A stretch of 64,000 nucleotides of DNA from a virus. The notes beneath the pieces are model-generated. The model made no database searches. It saw only the letters and a program-made list of their open reading frames with translations, and was not told the DNA's origin. Where the stretch lies: IMG/VR virus record IMGVR_UViG_3300030202_003282, positions 1 to 64,000 of that record; one strand, written 5' to 3'. Position 1 is the first letter of the stretch; each line of letters starts with the position of its first letter. The translations under genes were made by a program, and so were the position numbers. Shown piece by piece: positions 35,667 through 48,200 of the stretch.

Positions 35667-38600
35667 ATGGCAACTTATATACCAGGAACGCAAACATTTA
35701 TGCCTACGTTTCAACCGTTTACACCAGATTATAAATTTTTATCTGATGTAATCAATACGAAAACAAATAGGTATGAAACTAATTATAAAGCAATTAATGA
35801 TACCTATGGTAGATTAATTCATTCTGATTTATCTAGATTAGATACTCAAGAACAAAGAGATCAGTATGTTAATGAATTAGCACCTAGATTAGAACAAATT
35901 GCAAGTACAGATTTATCATTAGTTCAAAATGCAGATCAAGCTAATGCATTATTTAAACCTTTTTATGAAGATAAATTAATTGTTGGAGATTTAGTTAGAA
36001 CTGCAGCTCTTAGAAGAGAAACTGCAAAAGCTGAAAGATATCATTATTCTGATAATCCAGAAGAAAGAGATTTATATGGTAATGGACAAGGTGTTAAAAG
36101 AATGAATTATGAAATGCAAGATTTTATAAATGCATCTCCTGAAGAAGCATTAAATATGCCTATTCCTAAATTTGTTCCTAATGCAGATGTTCATACAATG
36201 TCTATGGATTTATTAAAAAATGCTTGGGGTGAAGGAAAAGGAATGACATTAACACAAGATTTTTTACAAAACGGTTGGAAAATTAAAAAAACAAATGGTG
36301 ATTTATTAACTAATAGAGTAGTAGGGTATGCACCTACTGGACAAAAAGATAAAAATGGCCAAGAAATATTACAACCTATTACAGAGAATATAGCCGCTGC
36401 ATTTGTTCAAAAAGAATTATTAAATGATCCAAGGGTATTGGATTCTGAATGGACTAAAGCTTATGTAAGTTCAAGAGAAGCAGCTGATAGAGGAGTTATA
36501 ATTAATGGACAAACTGTATATGGGGATGAAGCCAAAAGAGCATGGGCACTTGAAAGAATTAATTTTGCAAAAGCAGCAAATAGTAAAAGAGTTGCTATGG
36601 CAAAAAATCATCAACAAAAAACTGTTCAAAGTGGAAAAGATTGGCAAAGCTATAAAGATGAGTATGGTATAGTTAAAGAATCACCGGCAGAAGTAGAATT
36701 TTTGAAAACAATTATGGCACTAGAAGCTTCTAATCAAGAAGTAGAAGTAGCTGAAGAAGTGGCCAATGTATCAGAAAATGTAAATACTGAAAATGCAGAT
36801 TTGAAAGGTTTATTAAATGAAGCATATGGAATAGTAATTTCAAGCAATTTAATGGGAGAAATCAGTGATGCTTCAATATTATATGCTGCTTCCACATCTC
36901 AAATGGAAATGGAAATAGATCAAAAATGGAAAATGTATAAGGAACAAGAATTTGATCTTCAAAAAATAAGCATAAACTATCAAAATGATATAAGAAAAAT
37001 TAGAGAAAAAGGTATAGTTGATGATGCTGTAAATAAAGCAAAATTTGAAAGAGAGCAAAATGTAAAACTAGAAGAAAATGCTAAGTTAGATGCTCTTGAA
37101 GCACTGATAAATGGAACAAGTTATGACGGTGACAACAACTATAGATATGAAAGAAATGAAGATGGTGAACCTGATCCAAATACAAATATAGTAACGGATG
37201 ATGAAAGATCTACATGGAATACATATTTTGGTTCTAATGGTGTTATACCTACAGAAAAATTTAACGCTATTAAAGCATTTATGCAAGAAAAAGCGGTAAT
37301 ATCTGGTGGTGATCAAGCAACATTTGCATGGTCAAATAAAAAAATGTCATGGGATGATGCACAAAAATATTTACTGAATACTGAAAAGGGCCGTGCTGAA
37401 TTAAACCAATTATTTAATTGGACAAATAAAGAACAAAGCCTTGTTGGTAAAAAAGAAGGTGTAATGATTAATCTAAATGATAAAGATCAAGTAGCATATG
37501 GTTATTCACCTAAAATGGCACAAAATCAAAATTTTCCTGCTATAAGAAATATGTTTAAAAAAGCAGAAGGACATGAACAGATGTTTGCTGATGGTAGTTG
37601 GAAAAAAATGAAGAATGATTATGGTAATCTAGTAGCAAATGCTGGTGTTGAAATAAATGGTAAACCAAGTTTAATTACAACTTATGATAAGTCTGGATTA
37701 CCATCTCCTTATATAAGTCCATTTGAACAAGTTTTACTTAATGCGGTTTACGCACAAAAATCATCAGGATTAAAATATATAGATAAAGCTGGTGGTGAAC
37801 ATATATTAAATCAAAATTCAGCAAATTTAGCAAGTGATATTGCTAGAATTTATGGAATAAATGTTGGTCAATTAAAAAAAGATGATCAAGATGTGCCTTT
37901 AAATACTTGGGAGGCTATAGAATATAGTAAAAATTTAATCTCTGAAGATAGCTGGAATACATTAGTATCTCGCAGCCCTCTTACAAAAAGGTATGGATAT
38001 GCCACTACTAGTAAGGATACCCGTGAAGGAGAATATAGATGGCCTACAGATAGAGCAGGGGGAGAACCAGAAGATGTTTATGCTTCTTATAGAGCAGCTA
38101 TTAATAAGCCTTATATTTCAGCATTTGCTGGAGCAAAAAGTAAAGAAGGTACAGCATTAGAACAACCTATTTTTGATTTAGGACAATATATGCAAGGTAA
38201 TAGTGCAGATGATATGACAGCAGTAGGTGGAGCTAAATATCCAATACACACAGAGTATATTGATCCATTAAATTTAGGAGAGAGAGATATAACAATGATG
38301 AGTGAAATAATAAAAATATTAAATGGTCCTCAATCAACTTACGCTGTTGGTTTTGGCACACCTCAAACATTTGAATTTATTAAAACAGATGGTTCTGAAG
38401 AAGCTAAAAATACTGTAATAACTACAATAAACAATGTTATAAAAGATGCAAAAACTGGAACAAAAGCACAATCAAGAAACGCTTTTCAAATCAAATATTA
38501 TACTGGTTATGGGCAAGGTGATGCAGATGAATATGCAGCATATCAAGTTCAAGTAAGTAAAAAAGAAGCTTTAGCTTTACAAAAATATTTAACCGGTGAA

Positions 38601-39263
38601 ACATCAGGTTTAATAACTGATTCAGAAAAACAACTAGTAACAATAAGGTTTAAAAAATCTATGGACAATAATCCTTTGGGAATGTCTGATACAAGATTTT
38701 CTCAAGTTGATTATGACATTCAAAGAAATGATGGTGTATATAATTGGAATGTACCTAATGGATTAGGTTTAAAAATTTGGAAAGAAGATGGTGCATATAT
38801 GAGATCATATACTCCAGTAATGTTTAATGATAAATCTGGAACAATACAAGTAAATCCAAATACTGGTCCAGGTAGAGCAGCTCCTATTACATATCTAAAC
38901 GGAAACCCTATTAGAAAAAAAGATTTAGATGTTTGGTTAAATAATTTTCAATCTACTGCATTACAAATGCATCAAGAACGTATTTTAATTCCAGAACAAA
39001 CATGGAAAAAAAATAATCCTGGAAAAATGGTTACATACGATATCCCTAAAAATTTATTACTTTCAAATTCTAATCCTGTTTTTCAACGTAATGTTTTGGA
39101 TTATGATCTTACAACAGATGTTGTTAAAGGTTTAACAGCAGGAGAAATTATGACGGATAATATTCTTAATCCACAAAATAGAAGGCCTAAAAATGCACCA
39201 AAAATGAATTCATCTGAAGATTTTTGGGAACAAGCATCAGATGCTTTTTCTTTTGATTGGTAA
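35667..39263 (+). CDS. crAss-like cargo protein preceding the virion RNAP (1198 aa)
   Basis: MATYIPG...FQPFTPDY N-terminus, helical body, position directly upstream of the RNAP. Confidence 0.65.
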   Translation: MATYIPGTQTFMPTFQPFTPDYKFLSDVINTKTNRYETNYKAINDTYGRLIHSDLSRLDTQEQRDQYVNELAPRLEQIASTDLSLVQNADQANALFKPFYEDKLIVGDLVRTAALRRETAKAERYHYSDNPEERDLYGNGQGVKRMNYEMQDFINASPEEALNMPIPKFVPNADVHTMSMDLLKNAWGEGKGMTLTQDFLQNGWKIKKTNGDLLTNRVVGYAPTGQKDKNGQEILQPITENIAAAFVQKELLNDPRVLDSEWTKAYVSSREAADRGVIINGQTVYGDEAKRAWALERINFAKAANSKRVAMAKNHQQKTVQSGKDWQSYKDEYGIVKESPAEVEFLKTIMALEASNQEVEVAEEVANVSENVNTENADLKGLLNEAYGIVISSNLMGEISDASILYAASTSQMEMEIDQKWKMYKEQEFDLQKISINYQNDIRKIREKGIVDDAVNKAKFEREQNVKLEENAKLDALEALINGTSYDGDNNYRYERNEDGEPDPNTNIVTDDERSTWNTYFGSNGVIPTEKFNAIKAFMQEKAVISGGDQATFAWSNKKMSWDDAQKYLLNTEKGRAELNQLFNWTNKEQSLVGKKEGVMINLNDKDQVAYGYSPKMAQNQNFPAIRNMFKKAEGHEQMFADGSWKKMKNDYGNLVANAGVEINGKPSLITTYDKSGLPSPYISPFEQVLLNAVYAQKSSGLKYIDKAGGEHILNQNSANLASDIARIYGINVGQLKKDDQDVPLNTWEAIEYSKNLISEDSWNTLVSRSPLTKRYGYATTSKDTREGEYRWPTDRAGGEPEDVYASYRAAINKPYISAFAGAKSKEGTALEQPIFDLGQYMQGNSADDMTAVGGAKYPIHTEYIDPLNLGERDITMMSEIIKILNGPQSTYAVGFGTPQTFEFIKTDGSEEAKNTVITTINNVIKDAKTGTKAQSRNAFQIKYYTGYGQGDADEYAAYQVQVSKKEALALQKYLTGETSGLITDSEKQLVTIRFKKSMDNNPLGMSDTRFSQVDYDIQRNDGVYNWNVPNGLGLKIWKEDGAYMRSYTPVMFNDKSGTIQVNPNTGPGRAAPITYLNGNPIRKKDLDVWLNNFQSTALQMHQERILIPEQTWKKNNPGKMVTYDIPKNLLLSNSNPVFQRNVLDYDLTTDVVKGLTAGEIMTDNILNPQNRRPKNAPKMNSSEDFWEQASDAFSFDW

Positions 39264-39286
39264 ATAAAAATAATTAAAGTAAAAAA

Positions 39287-42200
39287 ATGGAAGATTTTAA
39301 TCAACTAGATCCTCAATTACCTGATCCAACTGATCCAAATGGAGAATTTAATAATTTATTAGATCCTAATTTAAATTATGGAAAACCAGGTGCTCCTGAC
39401 ATGCCTGTAATAGATCCCAATTTTGCTGATGAAGTTGCAAATAGAGGTCTTCATACTGATTTAGGTTATCAAATGAGACAAGAATTTGATTATAAACCAA
39501 TTCAAGAATATTTAGCACCTGATATTCATGAAGGCTGGACAAATGCTGTAAATATGGAAACAGCTAATATGATTCAAGCAAATGCTCCAATGATTAACGC
39601 ATCATCTATAGGTGGTGTAAGTAATACTTTAGGAAGTAAGCCTGGACCTGCAGGCCTTGATTGGAATCCTTCTGGACCAACAGAAGATGATAGATGGCTT
39701 AATCAATTAAGTAATACTACAATTTCTGAAGATCAAACACAACCTGAAATGTTAGGGGATCCTATGGAGTTTGGTATAAGATCTAGCAATTTTGAAAGAT
39801 ATTATAATCATCCTAATTTTCAAAAGTTAGGATTTAACCCTTATGTAGATAATGAATCTTATTATAATGCTAACTCTAGTGCGTGGGATGATTCATTAAG
39901 AATGTGGCCACAATTTGGAGGACAATATGCAACAGGATTTAGTTCTATATTTAGATCAATAGGAGATTTATTTGATGATGATCCATATTTTACAGCTGCA
40001 GATATAGAAAGTGCACAAGAAATGCAAGATCAGATGAGAATTGGAATGAGTTCAAGAGGTGGTGCATCTGGATTCATGAATAACCTTACATTAAATTTGG
40101 GTTATACTGCAGGTATAGTTTCAGAAATGGCATTAGAAGAACTTGTATTATGGGGTGCTGCTGCTTTACAAGGTGGTATGAATCCAGCATCAGATGCAAT
40201 GGCTGTAGCATCAGGAGCAAATGTTATTAGAAGATTTGGAAACTTAGTAAAAGGTGGATTTGGATTTGTTAAAATGGCAGAAACAGCTAAACTTTTAAAA
40301 GCAATGACTGCTTCACAAACGGCTAAAGCTGTGTGGAATACTACTAAAGGTATTGGCAAAGGAGCTGGAAAATTCTTTACTCCTAATACTTTATATGCAA
40401 TGAAGTATTGGAGAACAACTGGAAAAGCAGCTGAAGGTTTAACTAATATGGCAAAAGTTTCAAGAACTGCCGGAGCATTTTATAGGGATGTTAGAGCAGT
40501 TAATCTTGCAGTTTCAGAATCTAAATTAGAAGGTGGATTAGTTTATAATGAAAGAATGAGTGCTGGTTTAGCACAATGGTATGCAAAACCTGAAAATAAA
40601 GGAAAACAACCTACAGCTCAAGATTTACAAGAAATACAAGTAAATGCTGCAAATGCTGCAAGTAGCACTGCTTTATGGAACATACCTTTTATATATGCTA
40701 CAAATAAACTTGTTTTAGATGGTGCATTAACAGGGTTTAAACCTATTAGTAGATTAATGGATGAAAGTTTAAGTGGTTGGCAAAGAAGAGTGATGCGTCA
40801 AGCAGCTACTAAAGGAGGTATGCCTCAAAAAAATATTTGGAAAAAAATATCAAAAGGAAAATTAGGAGGATGGTTGCCTAGCACACAAATGATGAAACAG
40901 TGGACTATAAAAGGTTCAATGAAAAGAGGAGCTGCAGGATCTTTAAGATATTTTTCTGGAAATTTAGGAGAAGGTGTTCAAGAGCTTTATCAAGAAGCTG
41001 TATCACATGGAATAAAAGATTATTACTCAGCTATATTTGATGATCCTGCAATGGCAGGTAGTGACGCTATGTTGGCATCAGCAGGTGAAGGCATTAAAAG
41101 TCAATGGGGTGCTCAAGGTGGTGAAGTGTTTTTATCAGGATTTTTAATGGGAGGACTGATACAAGGTCCTCAAAAATTATTTTTTGAAGGTGTTCCAGCA
41201 TTATATCAGTCTAAATTTCAAAAAGAAAAATGGAATGAATATCAAAAAAATAAAGAAGATTATATTGATTTAGCTGTTGAAAATCTTAACAATGTTCATA
41301 ATAGTCAAGTAGATAATCCAGATAAATTTATGGATTTTGATAAAATGAATTTTGTAGCTCAAAAACAAGCAGCAGAAGAAATGATGAAATCTGCTTATGA
41401 AAATGATGTTTATGGTTTTTATAATCATAAAGATGATTTAAAATATAGAGCTTTATATTCTGTACTTGGAGAATATAAAATGAAGGGTTATCTTAAAGAT
41501 CAATTAAAAGATTATTTAAAATTAGATGATAAAATGTTAGCTGAAGCTTTTCCAGGAAATCAAGCTGATATTAAAAACGGAAAATTTAGAGAAAGAATTC
41601 AAGATATGATTGGTCAAATTGATCAACATGATAAAATTGTAAGAAAAGACATGAGGCAAAATAAAAATCCTTATGACAGAACGCAATTTGAAGACGGAAG
41701 TACAGAATGGAAAAGAGAACTTTTAAGAGAAAGAGCTTGGGAACACGCACGTTTTTTAAAATTATTTACTAGAAATAAATGGAAAAGAGCAGGGGAAAGA
41801 ATACAAGAAATTGATAAAGAATTAGAATCACATCCAGTTCTTAGTAAGTTAGCAGCTAATGACTTAATTGCATTATCTGACGTAGAAACTTTAGATAGAG
41901 AAATAACTTTACTTAGAGAGGATTTAAAACTGACTAAAGGGGAAACTAAAAAAGAAAAAGAATTACTTAAATCTAAAACTGATAGATTACGTTTATTAGA
42001 AAATGTAAATAAAGTTTTAAATGATGAAACTAATTATAATAAAACTGGTCAAAGAAGAGGTCATTTTAACAAAAAGAAATTAAACAGTTTAGAAAAACCA
42101 GTTGTTAAATATTTGGAATATTTAGCAAAAGAAAGAAATCAGAATATAGAATGGGGTGAAGTTAAAGGTCTTATTGGCTTATTAGTAGACCGCACAAACT

Positions 42201-45200
42201 TAAAAGATGATTCTTTAAAATATGGCAGATCTGTAAGATTTATGGAAAACCCAAAAGAATTTGAAAAAATAGTTGATAAAACATTTGAGTATTTAGAAAA
42301 AAGATTTAAAAATGCTAAGTCTGAGTTGAGAAAAAGAATGAAAAAATATGCAGCTCAACAAGAAGGTATTGGTTTAGTAAAAGCATTTGAAAACTTAAAT
42401 GAAGGTAGTGGTGTAATTCCTACTCCAGAAGCTTTAGACTATTTCTTTAAAAGTGAAGATGCTACTGTATTTTTACAACAAACTGAAGATGGAACTTTAG
42501 TAAACTTAGTTACTGAATCTGGTGGTATTAATAAAGAATCAAGCCCATTAGTTTATAATGAAATTGTAAGACTTGTAGGTCAGTATAATAGAGCTCAAGG
42601 TCAAACAGAATCAGAGTCTGCTGAAGATATGTCAATGGGTGATGAATTTGATGTAGAATATGAAACAGATGAAACTAGTGAAAAAGCAACTGATGATCAA
42701 GTAAAAAAACCAAAAAGAAAAGTTGAAATATTAAAACCACAGGCTGAAGAAGTACTTAATAAAAAACATAAAAGTCATGTTAGTAAAACAATAACTGAAG
42801 GTGGTAAAAAACCTTTATCACCAGAAGGTTTTAGAAAAAGTAAAGAAGGTCAAAATATTATTAAAACTTTTATAAGGTTAGAAGAAAAATATCAAAACTA
42901 TTTAAACAGTGTACCTGAAGGACAAAACCAATTGCAATTTGAACAATGGCTAGCTTCTAATGAAACAAATCCAGAAATTGCTGACATTGTAAATAATGCA
43001 GGTTTAGCATTTTCAGATTTATCTGGAAAAGAAAATCCTCAAAATTTACCTGCTGATAAACTACAACCTTCTGATAAAGAAGTAAAAGATTATCAAATTC
43101 CTGGGTTACATCTTATAGAAAGAACTGGAGAAAGTGGAGACACAACAATAACTTATTATGTTATTCTTGATGAAAATGGTAATAATACATATAACACATA
43201 TAAAGGATTATCCACAGCTAAAACAAAAATTAATGACACATATACCACATTAGATGATGCCAAAAAAGCTTGGAGAAAAATTGAAGAAAATATGCCTGAT
43301 GATACTCCATTTGAATTTGATGGAGAACAACTATTTCATGGAGCTATAGTAAACAATAAAAAAACTAAAGATAAATATGTTGTTATATCTACACCAAAAG
43401 GATTAGCAAAAGGAAAACAAATGGGTAAAAGAAAATTATTTCTATTACCTCTTAATCTTGTTGATGCTCCAAAAGCACAAAAAAATAAAGGAACATTAAA
43501 GTTAAATGCAGGAGAATTTAAAAATAAATATGAATTAATTGATGAAACGTTTGAACCAGCACTTACAAATACAAGTAAGTTAAATCCAAATGAGTTTACT
43601 ACATTCTATGCTTGGGAAAATAAAATAGCTGGTGAATCAAAAGCTGATGCTCAAATGAGAATGGATTATATTTTAAATAATTTAACTAATGAAGAGTTAA
43701 ATAATTTAGAATTTGAAATAATTAGAAATAAAGAAGTAACTGCACCAGAACCTTTTCAAATTAAACAATCTAAAGATGGTAAAACATATGAGCCAAATAA
43801 TCAAGTTTTAATTGGTAGTGAACGTTACGGTATTGCTTTAGTTATAAAAGATCCTGCAGTAAGAGTTAAAGTAGAAACTATATTAGCAGAATCTAAAGCT
43901 TTTGCTGAGTTATTAGATAGCACTGGAAATCCATCCGGTAAATATTTAAATGAAAATGGAACAGTAGCATTTTATGGTGCAGCTAAACAAAGAGTTTTTA
44001 AAGATTCTTCTGGAAATACTATAGAAGTTCCTAATATGACATCTGCTCAAATAAGACAAATATTTAGACCATCATATAGTGGAACAGCACTTTACTTAGA
44101 TAAATCTATTAAAGATGGTTATGCTAAACAGCAATATATTTTAGAGCAATTATTAAAAGCTAAAGAAGCTGGGGCAGTTAGTGTTCCTGTTTCAAATTTA
44201 GATGGAGGAATAATATTAAAATCAAGTCCTGGAAGATTAGCATATGTATCAAAAGGTTCTGCTTTAGTTCCATTATCAGAATTATCAAACTATAGTGCGG
44301 ATAATAATGGTAATGTATTAATTTTAGACAATCAACGTGTAGACACTGAGTACACTAAAAAGGATCTGGAACAGTTAGAAAAAGATAATCCAGATACTAT
44401 ATATAAAGTAGATAATCAAGGCAAGGTTTATAAAGTTGCAGGAAATCCAATAAGTAATTTAAAAGGAAAAGCTTTAACTAAACTTTATAATGAGGTTAAA
44501 GCAGGTATGGGTAATTATTTAAATTCTGCAATGGCTGCTGGTAGATATGTGGCTATAATTAAATTACCAAATGGTGTATATACTTATGCAGAGCTGCAAT
44601 CACAAAAACTTAATGAAGAAGAAATATCAGATGTATTAGTAGATATTAAAGAAAGAGCTACTAAAACTATAAAAGATAATGTAGTTAAAGAAGAAAATGA
44701 ACCATGGTCAGATGCTACTGTAAAGGATGAATTTTACAACACTAAAATAAGTAAAACATATCCTGAAGGTTATAACAATGAATTAAATAAGAAATTTTAC
44801 ATATACAGTTTACCTGGTTATACTGTTAGTATGAAAGTAAGTTCTTATGGTTATGTTCAGATTGAATTTTATAATCAAAAAAATTCTGATAAAACATTTA
44901 CAATTAAAATTAATCAGGATCAGATTAGTGAAATGAAACCTGATATTGCAAATTTTAATGCTCTTGTTGGTGAAATTGCTACAGATTTTATAACTGGAAA
45001 TGAAAATTTATCTAAGTCTCAGAAACAAGCTTTAGAAACATTAGTTGCTGGAGGTACCATTTTTTCAACAGATAATTTCCGTAAATCTATTGATAGAAAA
45101 ATAACAAATGTTGATGATATAATAAATAATGTTGATTCAAAAATTGATAGTAGAATTAGATATGATGTTGGTTTATTAATTGATGTTACAGATTCTTCAG

Positions 45201-48200
45201 TAATACAAGCTTTAAAAGTTAAAGAAAATATTACTGATACACCAGTAGAAGAAACAGAAGAACCAGGTGGTAGTATAGATCTAAAAGATTTACAAAATCA
45301 AGATCCAACTATAAAATTAATTGATGATTTAACTGATGAAGAATTTAATGAAAGTAGAGAATTAGGATTTGAAGATATTAGTAATGAACAATTACAAGCT
45401 ATTGCTGATAAAGATCAAAACAAACTTTCTTCAAAAGAATCATTAGTTATTAAAGTATTAGATAGTAGATATCAACCAATGATAGCTGCTAAAGCTGTGG
45501 AAATGAGTACAGCTGCAAATAAAAGAACTGAGCTTCAAAATAAAAGAAAGGAAGTTATTGATGAAATAAAGCTTATCAAAGCAGAAAATAGAACTGCTGC
45601 AGGAGAATTATATCCTGAAGATAATGTTAAGATGAATAAAGAAAGAATGGCTCTTAACGAAAAATCTAAAAGGCTTAAAGCTTTAGAAAAAGAACAAAAA
45701 TCTATAGAAAGTCAATTAGCTAAAGGAGCTCTTAAAGTTGTTAGTGAATCAGCAGAGGTAAATAATCCTGAAGATTTAGATGTATTTATTGAATGGGTTC
45801 AAACTGTATTGCCAGACTTTGTAACTATTGGGGATATTAATACATTAAGAGAGCGTATAATAACAAATGGTTATACTGTAGGTGCATTTGTAATGAATTT
45901 AAAACAAATGTCAGGAGGTATAGATATTAACGGTACAATATTTACTGGAGAAAATATGCCTTCTAGATATCATGAAGCATTTCATGCAGTATTTAGAATG
46001 TTGCTTACAGAAGAAGAACAAAAAGTTTATTATGATATAGCAGCAAAAGAGGTTAGAGAAAAACTTAGAAAAGAAGGTAAAGTATTTAATGAGGAGTTAC
46101 AAAAACTTAAAAACTCATCAGTTATATATTCTAACTTATCTACTGAACAATTAAAGAAAGAATACTATGAAGAGTATATGGCGGATGAATTTGAAAAATT
46201 TAAAAAAGATCCAAAAAGTACTAAGACTAATTCTTTAATTAAATCATTATTTAACAGATTTGTTGAATGGATTAAAAGCATACTTGGAAATAAAAACAGA
46301 ACTGAACTAACAAGTTTCTTTAAAGCTATTAATGAAGGAAAATATAAAAATGCAACTATTCAAAACAATGCATTTACAGACAAGCCGTCATTAATGAATG
46401 GAGCTAATATTGCATTAGCACAAATTCCAATTGATTTTGTTGAGTATGAAACTTATAATCCATTTACAAAACAAGATGAAACTCAGTTTCAAACTGTATA
46501 TATGCCATCAAGAGATGTAGATAAAATACTGCATAGTATGGCAGCAATATATCTCAATAGAAAGATGAATGCTACTGGGGTTTGGATAGGTGCTGATCAG
46601 TTAGAAGATGTAATGGATCAATTTGCACTTATGTTTAATCCAGAGTCAGAAACTAATTTAATGAAGCCTGATTTAGATCAAATGGAAGATCAATTAGCAT
46701 TGTATAATGAAGCATTTGAGAATTCAATTACTAGAATGGAAATAAGAAATGCTGTAGAAAAAGTATTAAGTTTAGCTGATATTCAAATATCAGAAGAGGA
46801 AGAAATTATTGATGCCCAAGAAGAAACAAACGGTTTAAGAGATACTTCTCAATGGGATCTAGATGCAAGTATGATAGGAGGTTATTCATCATTAGCTTCT
46901 AGTTTAAGACAGTTTATAATGACAACTGCTGTTGAGACTTCTGATTCTTTTGGAAACACTGAATTACCTTCTGGAGAAAAACTTATTGTGCCTGTAAATT
47001 TTGTTGAAGCATATAATTTATTATTAAAAGCATCTGCTAATAGAACTAGTTCACAAGATGTATTAAAAGCCATGAATGCATTTACATTAAATGGCAATCA
47101 TGAAGGTGCTGCAGTAGTTGATAGAATTTTTACAGAAATAGGAATATCTAGAGATGATGTTTTAGCAGGAGATTTTGATAATGTTAAAAATCCATATTTT
47201 TATACATCAGTAATAAAAGCGTTTGATCAAGTTAGATTAGATTATATTTTTGTACATAGAGATGAAGACGGGAATGTATTATTATATGATGCTGCTTCTA
47301 GAGATGATGCTAAATCTCAGTTTAATCATTGGAATGATGCATATGATATGCAATTTGATAAACTAAGATTTGATTCAAAATTAAGAGAAGAAATCATAGA
47401 AAAACTAAGAGAACTACAAACTGAATACTTTGGAGAAAGTATGGCATCTCTTGATGGAAAAGCGGCTGATACTTTAATACAAGATTCTGAAGAATATTCT
47501 AATTTTATTCAAGATAAGTTAGGTATTTCACTTAGTCCCACATATATACAATATAGTATTCTTGATAATGTAGTAACTAAAAATGAAAGTCAACAAGCAT
47601 TGATGGATGTTTATACTGCTGAAGTATTAGATTTTGAAGATCTAGAACAAATGATGCTTCATTTAAGCCTTAATCAAAATCTTTTTGTACAAGAAGAAGG
47701 TGAAGGTATAAGAGGACGTTTAGAAAAATTAGCAAGAGGTAATGCAGCATTTGATGAAAGAATTGGTGCATCTGTTTTTAGAAATCCAAATGGAGATTTA
47801 GTTTATGCACATCAGTTACCTACAATGCATACGGTTAAAATTAATGAGTTAAATGATATAAATAACTTAGAAGATTTAAAAGATGGTGCATATTTAGAAA
47901 GAAATGCTTTATTAAATGATCCATATTTTTATCAATTAGCTACTGAAAAAAGAATAAAAGTTTTAAGAATAGCAGGTAGTAAAGAAGGAGGAACAATAGA
48001 TGAAGATACTTTAGTTGAAACAAGTGGTATGTCAAATGATGTTTCTGGTGTTACATATGGTGATTCAACTCCACAAGAATTTATAGTTGATTTAATAAAT
48101 GTGTATACTTATTTTTATAACACTAATAAAAAAGAAGTTGAAGGTGTTTCAATAGGTGATGATATTCCTAGAGCATTAGCTCCATCTTTAATAAGAGTTA